NCBI GenBank assembly: GCA_013288135.1
Contig: JABDCL010000004.1
Location: 19,949 to 83,948 of the forward strand
DNA length: 64,000 nucleotides
Reading direction: 5' to 3'
From: Gammaproteobacteria bacterium
GTDB taxonomy: Bacteria; Pseudomonadota; Gammaproteobacteria; UBA6186; Azoamicaceae
In this document: one piece after another, positions 27,019 through 37,707 of the stretch
Layout: every line of letters begins with the position of its first letter
How positions within the stretch are numbered: the first letter of the stretch is position 1
Made by a program: the position numbers and the translations under genes
Notes under the pieces: generated by a model
What the model was told of the DNA's origin: nothing
Database searches by the model: none
The model's input: the letters and a program-made list of their open reading frames with translations, nothing else

Positions 27019-27790
27019 GCTGCCATATCCTTAAAAATTCTAATAAATGTGGTTTTTCAGACTGCATCAGATGATTTTTTAAACGCGTTTGTTCATATTC
27101 ATAAGATCCTTCATCCAATTGCCCTCGAATGAATTGAAATCGAAGATAAATTAAATAGGTATTCAAAACATCGGTTTCGCAATAATTCCGAATAGAGTGA
27201 ATACCACCCGCTTGAAAATGTTCAAATACCTTACCCCCCTCCATACCCATTTTACCTGGAAAACCTAGCATTAATGCAATCTCATTTAAAGGTGCAAAGG
27301 CACGATTTTGATATCCTGAAATAACGTCCATAATATCTGTATGACGTTGGTGATACCGGCTTAAATAATTATTCCATTTAAATCCAGAATCACTTTCACC
27401 CGTTTCCCAATAACGAGGAGCAGAAATCCCATGCAATAAAGCACGATAATGAAGAACCGGCAAATCAAAGCCACTGCCATTCCAAGAAATAAGTGTCGGA
27501 GCGTATTGTTGGATCCCTAAAAAGAAACGTACAATTAACTCACGCTCATCTGAATTTTCATCCCCCAAAGACCATACTTTCACCCATTCAGAAGTCGCGA
27601 CAACCACTGAGATAGCAACCACCTTATGTAAATAATGGGGCAAAAAATCCGATCCTTGGGTTTGTTGACGTCTTCGTTCTAAAAGAGCAGCTAATACCTC
27701 TTCATCGGATTGTTCAATAAATCCTAAGAACTTTCGTCCACTGTTAATATCGGGGATCGTTTCAATATCATAAACCATGGCAACAGTCAT
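27011..27790 (-). CDS. DEDD-type 3'-5' exonuclease (PolB-exonuclease-like)
   Basis: YDIETIPD and WNGSGFDLPVL motifs. Confidence 0.55.
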   Translation of the reverse strand: MTVAMVYDIETIPDINSGRKFLGFIEQSDEEVLAALLERRRQQTQGSDFLPHYLHKVVAISVVVATSEWVKVWSLGDENSDERELIVRFFLGIQQYAPTLISWNGSGFDLPVLHYRALLHGISAPRYWETGESDSGFKWNNYLSRYHQRHTDIMDVISGYQNRAFAPLNEIALMLGFPGKMGMEGGKVFEHFQAGGIHSIRNYCETDVLNTYLIYLRFQFIRGQLDEGSYEYEQTRLKNHLMQSEKPHLLEFLRIWQHG

Positions 27791-27801
27791 AGATTCTCCT
27801 A

Positions 27802-27929
27802 GGGGGGGTCAAGTCTTGTTTCAGGATAGCCTACCCGACTATCTACATTTTGCTTTTGCTTGTTGCTGTAGGATATAAGAACAAGCTAACTATCCTGAAA
27901 ACACTGTCCTGAAAAAAGACTTGACCCCC
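27802..27929. mobile_element. 128-bp MITE (GGGGTCAAGTC family)
   Basis: Left arm GGGGGGGTCAAGTCTTGTTTCAGGATAG and right arm CTATCCTGAAAA..CCTGAAAAAAGACTTGACCCCC. It begins 12 nt upstream of the exonuclease ATG. Confidence 0.85.
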
Positions 27930-28044
27930 ACTTGATAATACGCCATTATGCTCAATCTAAATCGGTTTTTCCCTATAATCGGTTTAGTTATAAAACTTTT
28001 TTTGCCTCAGTAACCTCTATTGGGGCATTTTTTTTGCTAGTTTT

Positions 28045-28428
28045 TCACCCAATTAAAATGACAAAAGCAACTGCAAACTCTTTTTCATCAGAAAGACTTA
28101 AATGACTCTCGGTAATACCTCGCAGCGCAACCTCTGAAGCTGCATTGCCTCTAAATATAAATTCAGGTTTTCCTAGAGAATCATTAACAACCCCTATTTC
28201 TGTTAACCAAATGCCTCCCTGCCGAAAACCCGTTCCCAGAGCTTTAGCAAACGCCTCTTTTGCAGCAAAACGTTTAGCTAGAAAATGTACTGGCTTAGAA
28301 ATTTTTGGGAGTTCGAGCAATTCTGTCGGCGTTAATATACGTCGCGCAAAAGTAACGCCAAATCGATCCCAAATCGACTCAATGCGTGTAATTGAAACAA
28401 TATCTGTACCTATACCAATAATTTTCAT
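28045..28428 (-). CDS. acpS: Holo-ACP synthase
   Basis: MKIIGIGTDIV and FAAKEAFAKALGTG motifs. Confidence 0.85.
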   Translation of the reverse strand: MKIIGIGTDIVSITRIESIWDRFGVTFARRILTPTELLELPKISKPVHFLAKRFAAKEAFAKALGTGFRQGGIWLTEIGVVNDSLGKPEFIFRGNAASEVALRGITESHLSLSDEKEFAVAFVILIG

Positions 28429-28437
28429 TAAAACGAA

Positions 28438-29175
28438 TTATACCCTTAATAACCGTCGGCTTTCTAATGGTTTATACCCTAAATGTACACTTAAAGCTCG
28501 CCTCATTAAGCGTTTAGCATCCAATAACACTTGTGGATCTTGAAATTGTTCTTCCGATAAAGCCAAAAGACTGCTTCCTTTAAATATAAAAGTACCCTCC
28601 TCTCTTCTTCTAGAATTTTCAGCACCCTGTTCCACTAAAATAGGCCCTTGTTCGGGATCATATAAATAATCAGCCTCTGGTTTAACTGGATGACCTTTTC
28701 CTGCTTCTTCTGTTAATCTTAATTCATAGCCTATTGCTTTTAATAAATTTTTTTCAAATAATCGCAAAGTTTGCTGTTCAGTAATATTTTTGTCATCTCT
28801 TGCTTTTTCGAGTTGTATCAAAGTTTCTCGATAACTTTGAAATAAATCGGTATGCGCATCCCATCGTGCTAACAGTCGCATTAACAGTTCATTCAGATAA
28901 AAAGCACTGACTAATTGTCGTCCAGGTAAATGATGGACGACACCTGCTGAATCAAAATTTTTTAAGGTTAATAATTCGCCTCGTCCAACGCAAGAAACTA
29001 ATAAAGGCACAAATGATTGCAACAATCCACGTGCTTGTGAATTCGGTCGTCTTGCCCCTTTTGCAATGACAGCAATACGCCCATAATCTTCTGTAAAAAG
29101 TTCTAATAACAAGCTTGTTTCTTGATAAAGACGTGCATGCAAAATGTAAGCAGATTGAAATTCAATGCGATGCAT
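28438..29175 (-). CDS. recO: DNA repair protein RecO
   Basis: AYILHARLYQETSLLLELFTEDYGRIAVIAKGARR, plus synteny era-recO. Confidence 0.85.
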   Translation of the reverse strand: MHRIEFQSAYILHARLYQETSLLLELFTEDYGRIAVIAKGARRPNSQARGLLQSFVPLLVSCVGRGELLTLKNFDSAGVVHHLPGRQLVSAFYLNELLMRLLARWDAHTDLFQSYRETLIQLEKARDDKNITEQQTLRLFEKNLLKAIGYELRLTEEAGKGHPVKPEADYLYDPEQGPILVEQGAENSRRREEGTFIFKGSSLLALSEEQFQDPQVLLDAKRLMRRALSVHLGYKPLESRRLLRV

Positions 29176-29193
29176 ATCTTAAATCCTTGTAGT

Positions 29194-29312
29194 GTCTCAT
29201 GGTGTCAAATCTTGACATTGGACAAACCGGTTATATCTCATATCAAATTTGACATTGGTAAAACTTGCATCATGACCGGTTTGTCCAATGTCAAGATTTG
29301 ACACCATGAGAC
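29194..29312. mobile_element. 119-bp MITE (GGTGTCAAATCTTGACATTGGACA family)
   Basis: About 44-bp terminal inverted repeats GTCTCATGGTGTCAAATCTTGACATTGGACAAACCGGT. Fills the recO-era intergenic gap. Confidence 0.9.
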
Positions 29313-29313
29313 A

Positions 29314-30216
29314 TTAATCAATATACCCCAAACTTGCCAGAGCCCGCTCGTCATCAGACCAACTCCCTTTTACCTTAACCCAAAGCCTTAAATGGACTTT
29401 CTTTCCTAATAACTTTTCCATATCGACTCTAGAACGAATACCAATTTCTTTCAAACGAGCACCATTTTTACCAATCACGATTGGTTTTTGGCCGTCTCTT
29501 TCTACCCAAATAATGGCATGAATGGTGCACAATTTTTCCTCATCTTTAAAAGATTCAATTTCAATGGTAATGGCATAAGGAATTTCTTCACCCAACATTC
29601 GGGTTAATTTTTCGCGAATAATTTCTGCCACTCTAAATCGCAGGGTTTTATCGGTGACTTGTTCTTCTGGAAAATAATGAGGACTTTCTGGTAAAAGTTC
29701 TGATATTTTTCTTTCTAAAATTTTTACATTCGTGCCTTTGCGTGCTGAAATGGGAATAATGTCAGAAAAGGTATACTTTTCTGAAAGACTCTGTAAATAA
29801 GGCAATAATAGTTCTTTTTCTGAAATGGTATCAGTTTTATTAACCGCTAAAATAACTGGACACTGAACATGAGAAATGATTTCTAAAACCCAGGTATCCA
29901 ATTCTGTCCATTTCATGCCATCAACCACAAAAATTACTGCATTGACATCTTTTAAAGCGCCTCTGGCTGCTTTATTCATATATCGATTCAGTGCTCGAGT
30001 TTCTTGAAAATGTAACCCAGGGGTATCTACATAAACGGCTTGATACGCCCCCATTGTTTTAACCCCTAAGATTTGATGACGCGTTGTTTGCGGTTTTCTA
30101 GAAGTAATGCTTAATTTTTGCCCTAAAATACGATTTAATAAAGTTGATTTGCCCACATTGGGTCGACCAATAATGGCAACAAAACCACAATAAGTCAAAG
30201 CTTGGTGTTCAGACAT
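29314..30216 (-). CDS. era: GTPase Era
   Basis: G1 [10 protein letters not shown]3 DTPG, G4 NKTD, and a C-terminal KH domain. Confidence 0.95.
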   Translation of the reverse strand: MSEHQALTYCGFVAIIGRPNVGKSTLLNRILGQKLSITSRKPQTTRHQILGVKTMGAYQAVYVDTPGLHFQETRALNRYMNKAARGALKDVNAVIFVVDGMKWTELDTWVLEIISHVQCPVILAVNKTDTISEKELLLPYLQSLSEKYTFSDIIPISARKGTNVKILERKISELLPESPHYFPEEQVTDKTLRFRVAEIIREKLTRMLGEEIPYAITIEIESFKDEEKLCTIHAIIWVERDGQKPIVIGKNGARLKEIGIRSRVDMEKLLGKKVHLRLWVKVKGSWSDDERALASLGYID

Positions 30217-30892
30217 GCAAAACCTTTAAGGCCATTTCAGCTGCTATTTGTTCTGCCTTACGACGACTGTTCGCTACCCCTTCTAAAGGTTTATCTAATC
30301 CTGAAATAATACATTGAATATGAAAAATAGGATCGTGTGGATCACCTTCTACACTAACGACTTGATATTCAGGTAAAGGCAAATGCCGAGCCTGTAAAAA
30401 TTCTTGCAAACGTGTTTTAGCATCTTTTTGAGATTCATTCGGAATGATGTTTTCCAAACGTGTACCATACCACACTAAAATACGCTCTCTACAAGTATGA
30501 ATATCAGAATCTAAATAAATGGCTCCAATAATGGCTTCTAATGCATCTGCTAAAATAGAACCTCTTTGATGTCCACCACTTTTTAATTCGCCAAGACCTA
30601 AATGTAAATACTTCCCTACTTGTAAATCACGCGCAATTTCAGCAAGCGTTTCTTCTCTTACTAACATGGCACGCATACGGGTCAACTCTCCCTCACGCGC
30701 TTTAGTGAAACGATTGTAGAGTTCAGAACCAATAGTGAAATTTAAAATAGAGTCTCCTAAAAATTCAAGACGTTCGTTATTAGTCCCCCCTATCGATCGA
30801 TGGGTAATAGCAGCTTGAAATAGAGCATCATTTTTAAAATGATACCCTAGATTTTTGGCAAATTGTTGAAGATTCTTATCTTGCATAATCAC
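30209..30892 (-). CDS. rnc: Ribonuclease III
   Basis: [10 protein letters not shown] signature plus a C-terminal dsRBD. Confidence 0.95.
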   Translation of the reverse strand: MIMQDKNLQQFAKNLGYHFKNDALFQAAITHRSIGGTNNERLEFLGDSILNFTIGSELYNRFTKAREGELTRMRAMLVREETLAEIARDLQVGKYLHLGLGELKSGGHQRGSILADALEAIIGAIYLDSDIHTCRERILVWYGTRLENIIPNESQKDAKTRLQEFLQARHLPLPEYQVVSVEGDPHDPIFHIQCIISGLDKPLEGVANSRRKAEQIAAEMALKVLHV

Positions 30893-30916
30893 ATAATCAG
30901 TTCATAACATAATCAT

Positions 30917-31735
30917 CTAATGAATAATCGTTGCTAATCGATGCCAACGAATTTTCTTTGACCAATCATTTTCAAGGCTATCCCAACTCATCCATATGGC
31001 AAACGCTCGTCCCAAAATATCTTCATCTTTTACAAATCCCCAATAACGACTGTCTTTACTGTTATCTCGATTATCTCCCATCACAAAATAACTCCCTTTA
31101 GGAACCGTGGTATCGTTGTACTGATAAATACGAAGAGGATCTTTCACATGAATATAAATATCGTGGATCTTATCATCTATTTTTTCAGACAGTTTCCGCA
31201 CCGGCCAAGAAGCTTTCTCCAAAGTAAAATCATTGGTTTCCTCTAAAAATTCTTGTTTAAGCGGTGTTCCATTAACGTAAATAATGTTATCTTTATAATT
31301 AATATGATCCCCAGGCAGACCAATCACTCGTTTTATCACGTCTTTTGAATCTAAATCGTCATCCTGCTTAAATACGATAACATCTCCTCGTTTAGGTTCT
31401 CCAATCGAGAAAATTTTTGTACCGATGACCGGTAAACGAATACCATAATCAAATTTATTAACTAATATAAAATCACCTTCCCATAATGTCGGATGCATTG
31501 AACCAGAAGGGATGCGAAAAGGCTCTGCCAAAAATGAGCGCAAAATTAACACAATCAATAATATCGGAAAAAAGGCCTTAGAATATTCAACATACCAAGG
31601 CTCTGCCGCACTGCTCTTTGAAGTATTTGAAGGCATTACATGCATCAATCGATTCGCACGAAAAAATATAGTATCTACTAGCCATACAAGCCCAGTTAAT
31701 ACGGTTGCTGATAACAAAATTTCAGAAAATCTCAT
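30917..31735 (-). CDS. lepB: Signal peptidase I
   Basis: [10 protein letters not shown] and [16 protein letters not shown] motifs. Confidence 0.9.
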   Translation of the reverse strand: MRFSEILLSATVLTGLVWLVDTIFFRANRLMHVMPSNTSKSSAAEPWYVEYSKAFFPILLIVLILRSFLAEPFRIPSGSMHPTLWEGDFILVNKFDYGIRLPVIGTKIFSIGEPKRGDVIVFKQDDDLDSKDVIKRVIGLPGDHINYKDNIIYVNGTPLKQEFLEETNDFTLEKASWPVRKLSEKIDDKIHDIYIHVKDPLRIYQYNDTTVPKGSYFVMGDNRDNSKDSRYWGFVKDEDILGRAFAIWMSWDSLENDWSKKIRWHRLATIIH

Positions 31736-33540
31736 TTTTTATCCTTGTCTACTTTTAAGACCGCTAAAAAGGCTTCTTGTGGAATTTCCACTCTGCCCAC
31801 CTGTTTCATACGCCGTTTTCCAGCTTTTTGTTTTTCCAATAATTTACGTTTTCGGGTGATATCCCCACCATAACATTTGGCAGTGACATTTTTACGTAAT
31901 GCTTTTACAGTTGTCCTGGCAATGATATGCGCACCAATCGCTGCCTGTATCGCAACATCAAACATTTGTCTTGGAATGATTGCTTGCATTCGTTCGGTTA
32001 ATTCTCTGCCTCTTTGATAAGCTTTGTCTTTATGCACAATTAATGCCAAGGCATCTACTTTTTCACCATTAATTAAAATATCCAATTTAACTAATTCTGC
32101 GGCTTGAAAACGAACAAAATGATAATCTAAAGAAGCAAATCCTCGACTGACTGATTTTAAACGATCAAAAAAATCTAACACAACTTCATTCATCGGTAAT
32201 TCATAAGTAAGCGATACTTGATTGCCTAAATAAAGCATTTTAGTTTGCGTACCGCGCTTTTCTGTACACAGTGTCATCACATTGCCTAAATAAGTTTGTG
32301 GCACCAAAATATTTGCCTCAACAATGGGTTCTCGCATTTCGGCAACCGCAGAAGGATCTGGCAATTTTGCAGGATTATCAACTTGAATAATGTCCCCTTT
32401 ACGGGTTAACAACTCAAACACCACTGTCGGTGCTGTTGTGATTAAATTTAAATTGTACTCTCGTTCTAAGCGTTCTTGCACAATCTCCATGTGCAAAAGG
32501 CCCAAGAACCCACATCGAAATCCAAATCCTAAGGCTTCAGAAACTTCGGGTTCATAAAAAAGTGCAGAATCGTTTAAGCGTAATTTGGCTAAGGCTTCTC
32601 GAAAATTTTCATAATCTTCGGAATCAATCGGGAATAATCCTGCATATACTTTAGGTTGAACGGTCTTAAACCCCGGTAAGGGCCCTTTAGCGGGACGATT
32701 GGCAAGCGTTATTGTGTCTCCCACCGGAGCACCATTAATTTCTTTAATGCCCGCAATCATAAAGCCCACTTCGCCCGTACTTAAGCTCGCTTTTTTAACG
32801 CGTTTAGGGGTAAAAATACCCACTTCATTTACTTCATAAGTACGGCCTGTTGACATCACCAACATCTTATCCCCAGCGCGTAAGATCCCATTTTTAATCC
32901 GCACCAAGGAGACCACGCCTAAATAACTATCAAACCAAGAATCCACAATTAATGCTTGTAAGGGTTCATTGGCATCACCCGTGGGTGCTGGGATACACTC
33001 AACCAATTGTTCAAGTAAATCGTGAACACCTAAGCCGCTTTTAGCACTAATGCGCAGCGCATTGCCTGCAGCAATTCCGATGATCTCTTCTATTTCTTGA
33101 ATGACACGCTCAGGCTCCGATTGAGGTAAATCAATTTTATTTAAAACTGACAATACCTCAAGCCCTTGTTCTAAGGCGGTATAACAATTTGCAACGGTTT
33201 GCGCCTCCACCCCTTGAGCAGCATCAACCACCAACAAAGCGCCTTCACAAGCAGCCAGTGATCGAGAGACTTCATAGGCAAAGTCGACATGTCCAGGCGT
33301 ATCAATAAAATTTAGTTGGTATTCTTTCCCATCTGCGGCTTTAAAACTCAATGTAACACACTGTGCCTTAATGGTAATGCCCCGTTCCCGCTCTAAATCC
33401 ATGGAATCCAGGACTTGCTCAGACATTTCACGCGTGGTTAATCCCCCACAGATTTGAATAAATCTATCTGCAAGTGTCGATTTTCCGTGATCAATATGCG
33501 CAATAATGGAAAAATTTCTGATATGTTGCATCTTAGACAA
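31732..33540 (-). CDS. lepA: Elongation factor 4
   Basis: [28 protein letters not shown], and the LepA C-terminal region. Confidence 0.95.
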   Translation of the reverse strand: MSKMQHIRNFSIIAHIDHGKSTLADRFIQICGGLTTREMSEQVLDSMDLERERGITIKAQCVTLSFKAADGKEYQLNFIDTPGHVDFAYEVSRSLAACEGALLVVDAAQGVEAQTVANCYTALEQGLEVLSVLNKIDLPQSEPERVIQEIEEIIGIAAGNALRISAKSGLGVHDLLEQLVECIPAPTGDANEPLQALIVDSWFDSYLGVVSLVRIKNGILRAGDKMLVMSTGRTYEVNEVGIFTPKRVKKASLSTGEVGFMIAGIKEINGAPVGDTITLANRPAKGPLPGFKTVQPKVYAGLFPIDSEDYENFREALAKLRLNDSALFYEPEVSEALGFGFRCGFLGLLHMEIVQERLEREYNLNLITTAPTVVFELLTRKGDIIQVDNPAKLPDPSAVAEMREPIVEANILVPQTYLGNVMTLCTEKRGTQTKMLYLGNQVSLTYELPMNEVVLDFFDRLKSVSRGFASLDYHFVRFQAAELVKLDILINGEKVDALALIVHKDKAYQRGRELTERMQAIIPRQMFDVAIQAAIGAHIIARTTVKALRKNVTAKCYGGDITRKRKLLEKQKAGKRRMKQVGRVEIPQEAFLAVLKVDKDKK

Positions 33541-33689
33541 AAATTACCCCAGAGTTTTTTTAAACGCTTAACTCTAAGGGTTTATTCTAACCTATATCCG
33601 GGGTTTCTAGAACCCTTATAATTCCCCCACCTTCCCTCCCAAAAAACTAGCCTAAGCTAAGGTGGGGGAGCGGGTACAAGGTATGTATA

Positions 33690-36600
33690 CTAAGGGCGAG
33701 CTGGAGAAGCGACAGCACTCGTAGGGGCCACTCTCGTACGAACCATGCCCTCAACAGCTGCTGCCATGTCTTGCACTTCTCCAACACGTGCTGGACAAAG
33801 CTGCTTATCCTTTTTGTCACCATGCATTCCGTGCATAAATAATACTGCTGGAGCTTCTCCTCGTCCAGGGTCTGTTGCTAAACTCGACATACTAAATCTT
33901 ATACCAGACCCCCCTCCCATAGCTGGTCTCATTTCGAACACCATATTAAAGTCCGAACAAAGACTAAATCTACCCATCAGTGCCTTAAAGGCATCCAATT
34001 TAATTTGTTTCTTAAGCCTGGGATCTGTAAAAAATTTAAGATCTCTTAAAAGTCGTTTCATTTTTTCGCCAGATGGTGCTTTCGGCTGATCCCTTTCCAC
34101 TGCCCTTTTTCTTTCACCCGCTGTGGCTTCTCCTCTTTTAGCAGCGCCCCTTCTTTCATCCTTTAATTTGAGATCTAGCTCCTGCCTCTTGTGGATAGGA
34201 TGAGTTTCAGTTAACAATAAAATAACATCGGCATCGGTAATTTCTTCGAATTCATCAAAATAATCCAAAGCTTTTTTAATAATAACAGGTCGTTTTTTAG
34301 GAAAAATAGCCCTGAATTCTTTTTTAATTTTTGGAAGCTCCTCGTCAAGATTTAAAATCAGACGTATCATACCTCGTAGAAAGATGGAGTTCACATGCCC
34401 TTGACTCACACCATCTTCCAAATGTTTTAGAAGAGCTTCTAATTCTGATGTAGGAAACTCTTCAGAATCTATTAAGTTTTTTAAGCGGAGCTTAACGTAA
34501 AAATAAACAGCTTTTTTTGATCCCGCAGCAACTGCTTTTTCATAATATTCACAAGCCAATTCATGGTTGGGAGTATCGGCATAAAGTTCGTAAAAATCTC
34601 CTAAATGTGCAAAAAGATTCGCTCTTTCACTCTTAGATAATCTTTCTATACTTCCTTCAACTTCTCGTAGGAGGTCAAGTGCGCGTGGTAGATTTTTTTT
34701 AACAACTTTCCCCTCTACATACCATTTGACTAATACGATCCCTGCTGTAAAATTACCCGCAGCATAAGCTTTTTTACACCATTCCTCTCCAGCCAAAGGA
34801 TCTTTTGTTATACCAGGACCGCCTTTAGAGAGTAAGATTCCCAAGCTGAGCATTGCATCCTTAGTTATAAGCGAATCTGAGTCTATCGCTACTCGATACA
34901 GATCCATACTTTTCCTAAGATCGGCTGATAAATTCAATACCGAGCGATCTTTCTCATAAATCCAAGCCAGTGCGATCGTAGCTGCGGGTTGCATTTGTTC
35001 AGCCCCAACACGTGCATGTTCAAATAATTTTTTAAAATCAGCGCCTGAATCCGAATCTAAATCGCCGCATCTCCAATAGTACAAACATAAAACATCATCA
35101 AAAATTTTTCTAAACTCCCCTGAAACTTTTGTGCTTGTTTTTAAAAAATTGAGATATTCTGCTATTTTAGAAAAAGTCAAACCATGAAGTTCAAAATCTT
35201 TCCTCTCCCCTTTATCCCAAGCACAACATAAATGCCACATAGCTTGGACATCACCCTGATTGGCCGCCACAACCAACATTTGAATCCCTGCAGATACATT
35301 TTTTTCAACGCCTAATTCCCCTTCTAGTAAAGCTCTGCCATAATAAAACATTGCTTCAACATTATGGTTTGAAGCCTCTTTAAATAATTCCATGGCTGTT
35401 TTGCGATCTTGTTCCAATCCATAGCCACCATCCCAATACAGTCGAGCCATTTCAAACTGACATCTTGCACATTCTTTTTTACTCTCAGTCTTATCTCTCA
35501 GTAGTAATAATTCTCTTCTAAGATATTCAATTGCTTTGGGATAATTTTTAGGGACATTAGAATCTCCTCCTTCCAAATATATACCTATGATATTCTTTAT
35601 CATACCAAGAGCAAGATCTATGTTGTCTCCCGTTTCCATACAAACCGCAAGCGCCTGTTCACAATAATTAAGACATTCTCGTTTATTTTTTTCTTTCCCA
35701 CCTAAACCCTTATTAAAAAATTTAGCAATATGATTTAATGCGTAAGGATTTCTAGCAATTTCTACAGCACGCTCATACCACACTAGGGCCTCTCGATCAT
35801 CTTTAGGTGCCGCTTCACAACCCTGCTCATGAATTTCTCCTAGCAAAAATGCACCATGAGCTAACTCATTGGGTGGTATAAAATCCGTTCGGCCTTTTTG
35901 AAAGGCTAATTTTAAAAAATGAACAGCAGCATTAGGATTTTTATTTACCTTGTATAATACATTTGCATATTGAATTTGTGCCCTCCGTTCACCTTTATCA
36001 GCTGCTATTGGTAACCATTGGACCTTTAAGGTAAAATAAGTACTTAACATGAACTGTTTTGATTTGTTACCCATAAAGGCTGAAGTAGAGCCCCAGAAAA
36101 ACCCCCGATCGGGATTTCTTTTAAGTGTGCTTGTTCCTCCTTCTTTTGCACAATAGAGATCTGACAATATAGATTCTATTTTTCCATCAGTAACAATAAA
36201 ACCACTCAATTTGCATACTGTCTGCCACTCTGCTTCTATATCTACCTCTGCATCTGCATCTACCAAAGCTGCCTCTGCAGCTGCCTTTTCCCGAGTTTTT
36301 GCCCGAGATTCCCCAATATCTGGAAACCTTCTGGAATGAAACAAATAATAAAGATCTGGATTTTTACCCCAACTTTTTACGAGTTCAATATATTTACGAG
36401 ACGTTTTGCCCGCTTTAGTATGAAAATCTAATAAAAAAACTCTGGCATTTGGAGCCGCAGAGGCTAGACCATCCAATTCCTGAATTAAGCGCAGCTGTTC
36501 TTTCGGTTTTGTGGTTTTCTTGAGATCAATGATACGACAAGACGCATACAACCAATATCGTGGGTGATCGTTATCTATCGCCGGAATCTTAGCTATGTAA

Positions 36601-36887
36601 TCTCTTAAACCTTTTAAAAAAGTTTCATCTTCAACAACTTCTGTGGCGAGAGACGGATCAATTTCTAAAATGTGCTCTAAATAAAAAGCAGCAGGAAGAT
36701 TGTGATCTTTCGTACACTGTAGAAATAATTTGAATATTTCTACCCGTGTTTCACGTTCATTGCCTAAAAATGATCTTGTTTGAAATAATTCAACAGCCCT
36801 ATAAAAAGGAGATTTATTGATGTCGAATGTAGTAACCGCGGGTTTCTTGGGCATTGGCATTGCAGCAGCCATTTCTATGTCCTCCAA
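33690..36887 (-). CDS. Sel1-like repeat (SLR/TPR) protein, 1065 aa, with divergent HicA-like C-terminal module
   Basis: Many SLR units (e.g. ALVWYERAVEIA, AMELFKEASNHNVEAMFYYGRALLEGELGVEKNVSAGIQMLVVAANQGDVQAMWHL). C-terminus DAFKALMGRF...GGGSGIRFSM...FMHGMHGDKK. Confidence 0.8.
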   Translation of the reverse strand: MEDIEMAAAMPMPKKPAVTTFDINKSPFYRAVELFQTRSFLGNERETRVEIFKLFLQCTKDHNLPAAFYLEHILEIDPSLATEVVEDETFLKGLRDYIAKIPAIDNDHPRYWLYASCRIIDLKKTTKPKEQLRLIQELDGLASAAPNARVFLLDFHTKAGKTSRKYIELVKSWGKNPDLYYLFHSRRFPDIGESRAKTREKAAAEAALVDADAEVDIEAEWQTVCKLSGFIVTDGKIESILSDLYCAKEGGTSTLKRNPDRGFFWGSTSAFMGNKSKQFMLSTYFTLKVQWLPIAADKGERRAQIQYANVLYKVNKNPNAAVHFLKLAFQKGRTDFIPPNELAHGAFLLGEIHEQGCEAAPKDDREALVWYERAVEIARNPYALNHIAKFFNKGLGGKEKNKRECLNYCEQALAVCMETGDNIDLALGMIKNIIGIYLEGGDSNVPKNYPKAIEYLRRELLLLRDKTESKKECARCQFEMARLYWDGGYGLEQDRKTAMELFKEASNHNVEAMFYYGRALLEGELGVEKNVSAGIQMLVVAANQGDVQAMWHLCCAWDKGERKDFELHGLTFSKIAEYLNFLKTSTKVSGEFRKIFDDVLCLYYWRCGDLDSDSGADFKKLFEHARVGAEQMQPAATIALAWIYEKDRSVLNLSADLRKSMDLYRVAIDSDSLITKDAMLSLGILLSKGGPGITKDPLAGEEWCKKAYAAGNFTAGIVLVKWYVEGKVVKKNLPRALDLLREVEGSIERLSKSERANLFAHLGDFYELYADTPNHELACEYYEKAVAAGSKKAVYFYVKLRLKNLIDSEEFPTSELEALLKHLEDGVSQGHVNSIFLRGMIRLILNLDEELPKIKKEFRAIFPKKRPVIIKKALDYFDEFEEITDADVILLLTETHPIHKRQELDLKLKDERRGAAKRGEATAGERKRAVERDQPKAPSGEKMKRLLRDLKFFTDPRLKKQIKLDAFKALMGRFSLCSDFNMVFEMRPAMGGGSGIRFSMSSLATDPGRGEAPAVLFMHGMHGDKKDKQLCPARVGEVQDMAAAVEGMVRTRVAPTSAVASPARP

Positions 36888-36993
36888 TTTATTTATTAGA
36901 AAACATGATACCAGCTAACTAAATGTCGATCAATAGGAATGTTAAGAACATAGAATTTTAACAAAAAAAATTTAGGTATTGATGCAATTGCAC

Positions 36994-37572
36994 TTATTGT
37001 TGTATTAACGGCTGAACGCCGCGATCAATCGCTGCTCGTGCTCTAAATATGCGAGATCTAACAGTTCCAACCGGACAATCCATCACAGCTGCGATTTCCT
37101 CATAAGATAAACCGTCTATTTCACGCAACATAATGGCTGTTCGCAGTTCTTTGGGCAGGTGGTCAATAACATCATAAACTACGTGTTCAATTTCATCCCG
37201 TAACATTAAACGCTCGGGGGTTCCTTGTTCTTTCAGGCTATTTCTAACAATAAATTGTTCCATGTCATTAATTTCTAAATCAATGTCTGGTAATCGACGA
37301 CCTTGTGTTACAACGTAGTTTTTAGCGGTATTAATAGCGATTCGATATAACCAAGTATAAAATGCACTTTCTCCTCTAAATTTCTGAATGGCACGAAATG
37401 CTTTAATAAACACCTCTTGTGTAACATCCATACTTTCACTGGGATCTTTCACATAGCGGGCTACAATTCTAAAAACTTTAGATTGATATCGAAGCATTAA
37501 ACTATTAAACGCTTGTACATCCCCGCGTTTAACCGCTTCAATTAATTGTAAATCCACTCTATATTCACCCAT
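36994..37572 (-). CDS. rpoE: ECF sigma factor sigma-E
   Basis: From ATG 37572 the N-terminus MGEYRVDLQLIEAVKRGDVQAFNSLMLRYQSKV is collinear with E. coli RpoE. The track ORF starts at GTG 37593. Confidence 0.85.
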   Translation of the reverse strand: MGEYRVDLQLIEAVKRGDVQAFNSLMLRYQSKVFRIVARYVKDPSESMDVTQEVFIKAFRAIQKFRGESAFYTWLYRIAINTAKNYVVTQGRRLPDIDLEINDMEQFIVRNSLKEQGTPERLMLRDEIEHVVYDVIDHLPKELRTAIMLREIDGLSYEEIAAVMDCPVGTVRSRIFRARAAIDRGVQPLIQQ

Positions 37573-37707
37573 AAGGACTTGACCCCCATTCACCCGTCCC
37601 TTTGGTGACCTGTCATAATTATATTTTAGTTAATTATGGAACTATTATCAATTTGCTATCAATTTGGGTATCGGCCTAGATAGAAAAGGTTTTAGTTAAA
37701 ATCCGAA

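Noticed and set aside
33624-33668. Hairpin CCCCCACCTT-N25-AAGGTGGGGG downstream of the SLR gene, considered as a terminator or another repeat family
   Set aside because: It has a single copy in the window, a large loop and no flanking T-run on the relevant strand. The evidence is insufficient to call it.
37638-37663. Sigma-E-type promoter motif GGAACT-N15-TCAAT in the rpoE upstream region
   Set aside because: It lies on the plus strand, pointing away from rpoE and into the antisense of ygfX. The spacer is also shorter than the consensus.
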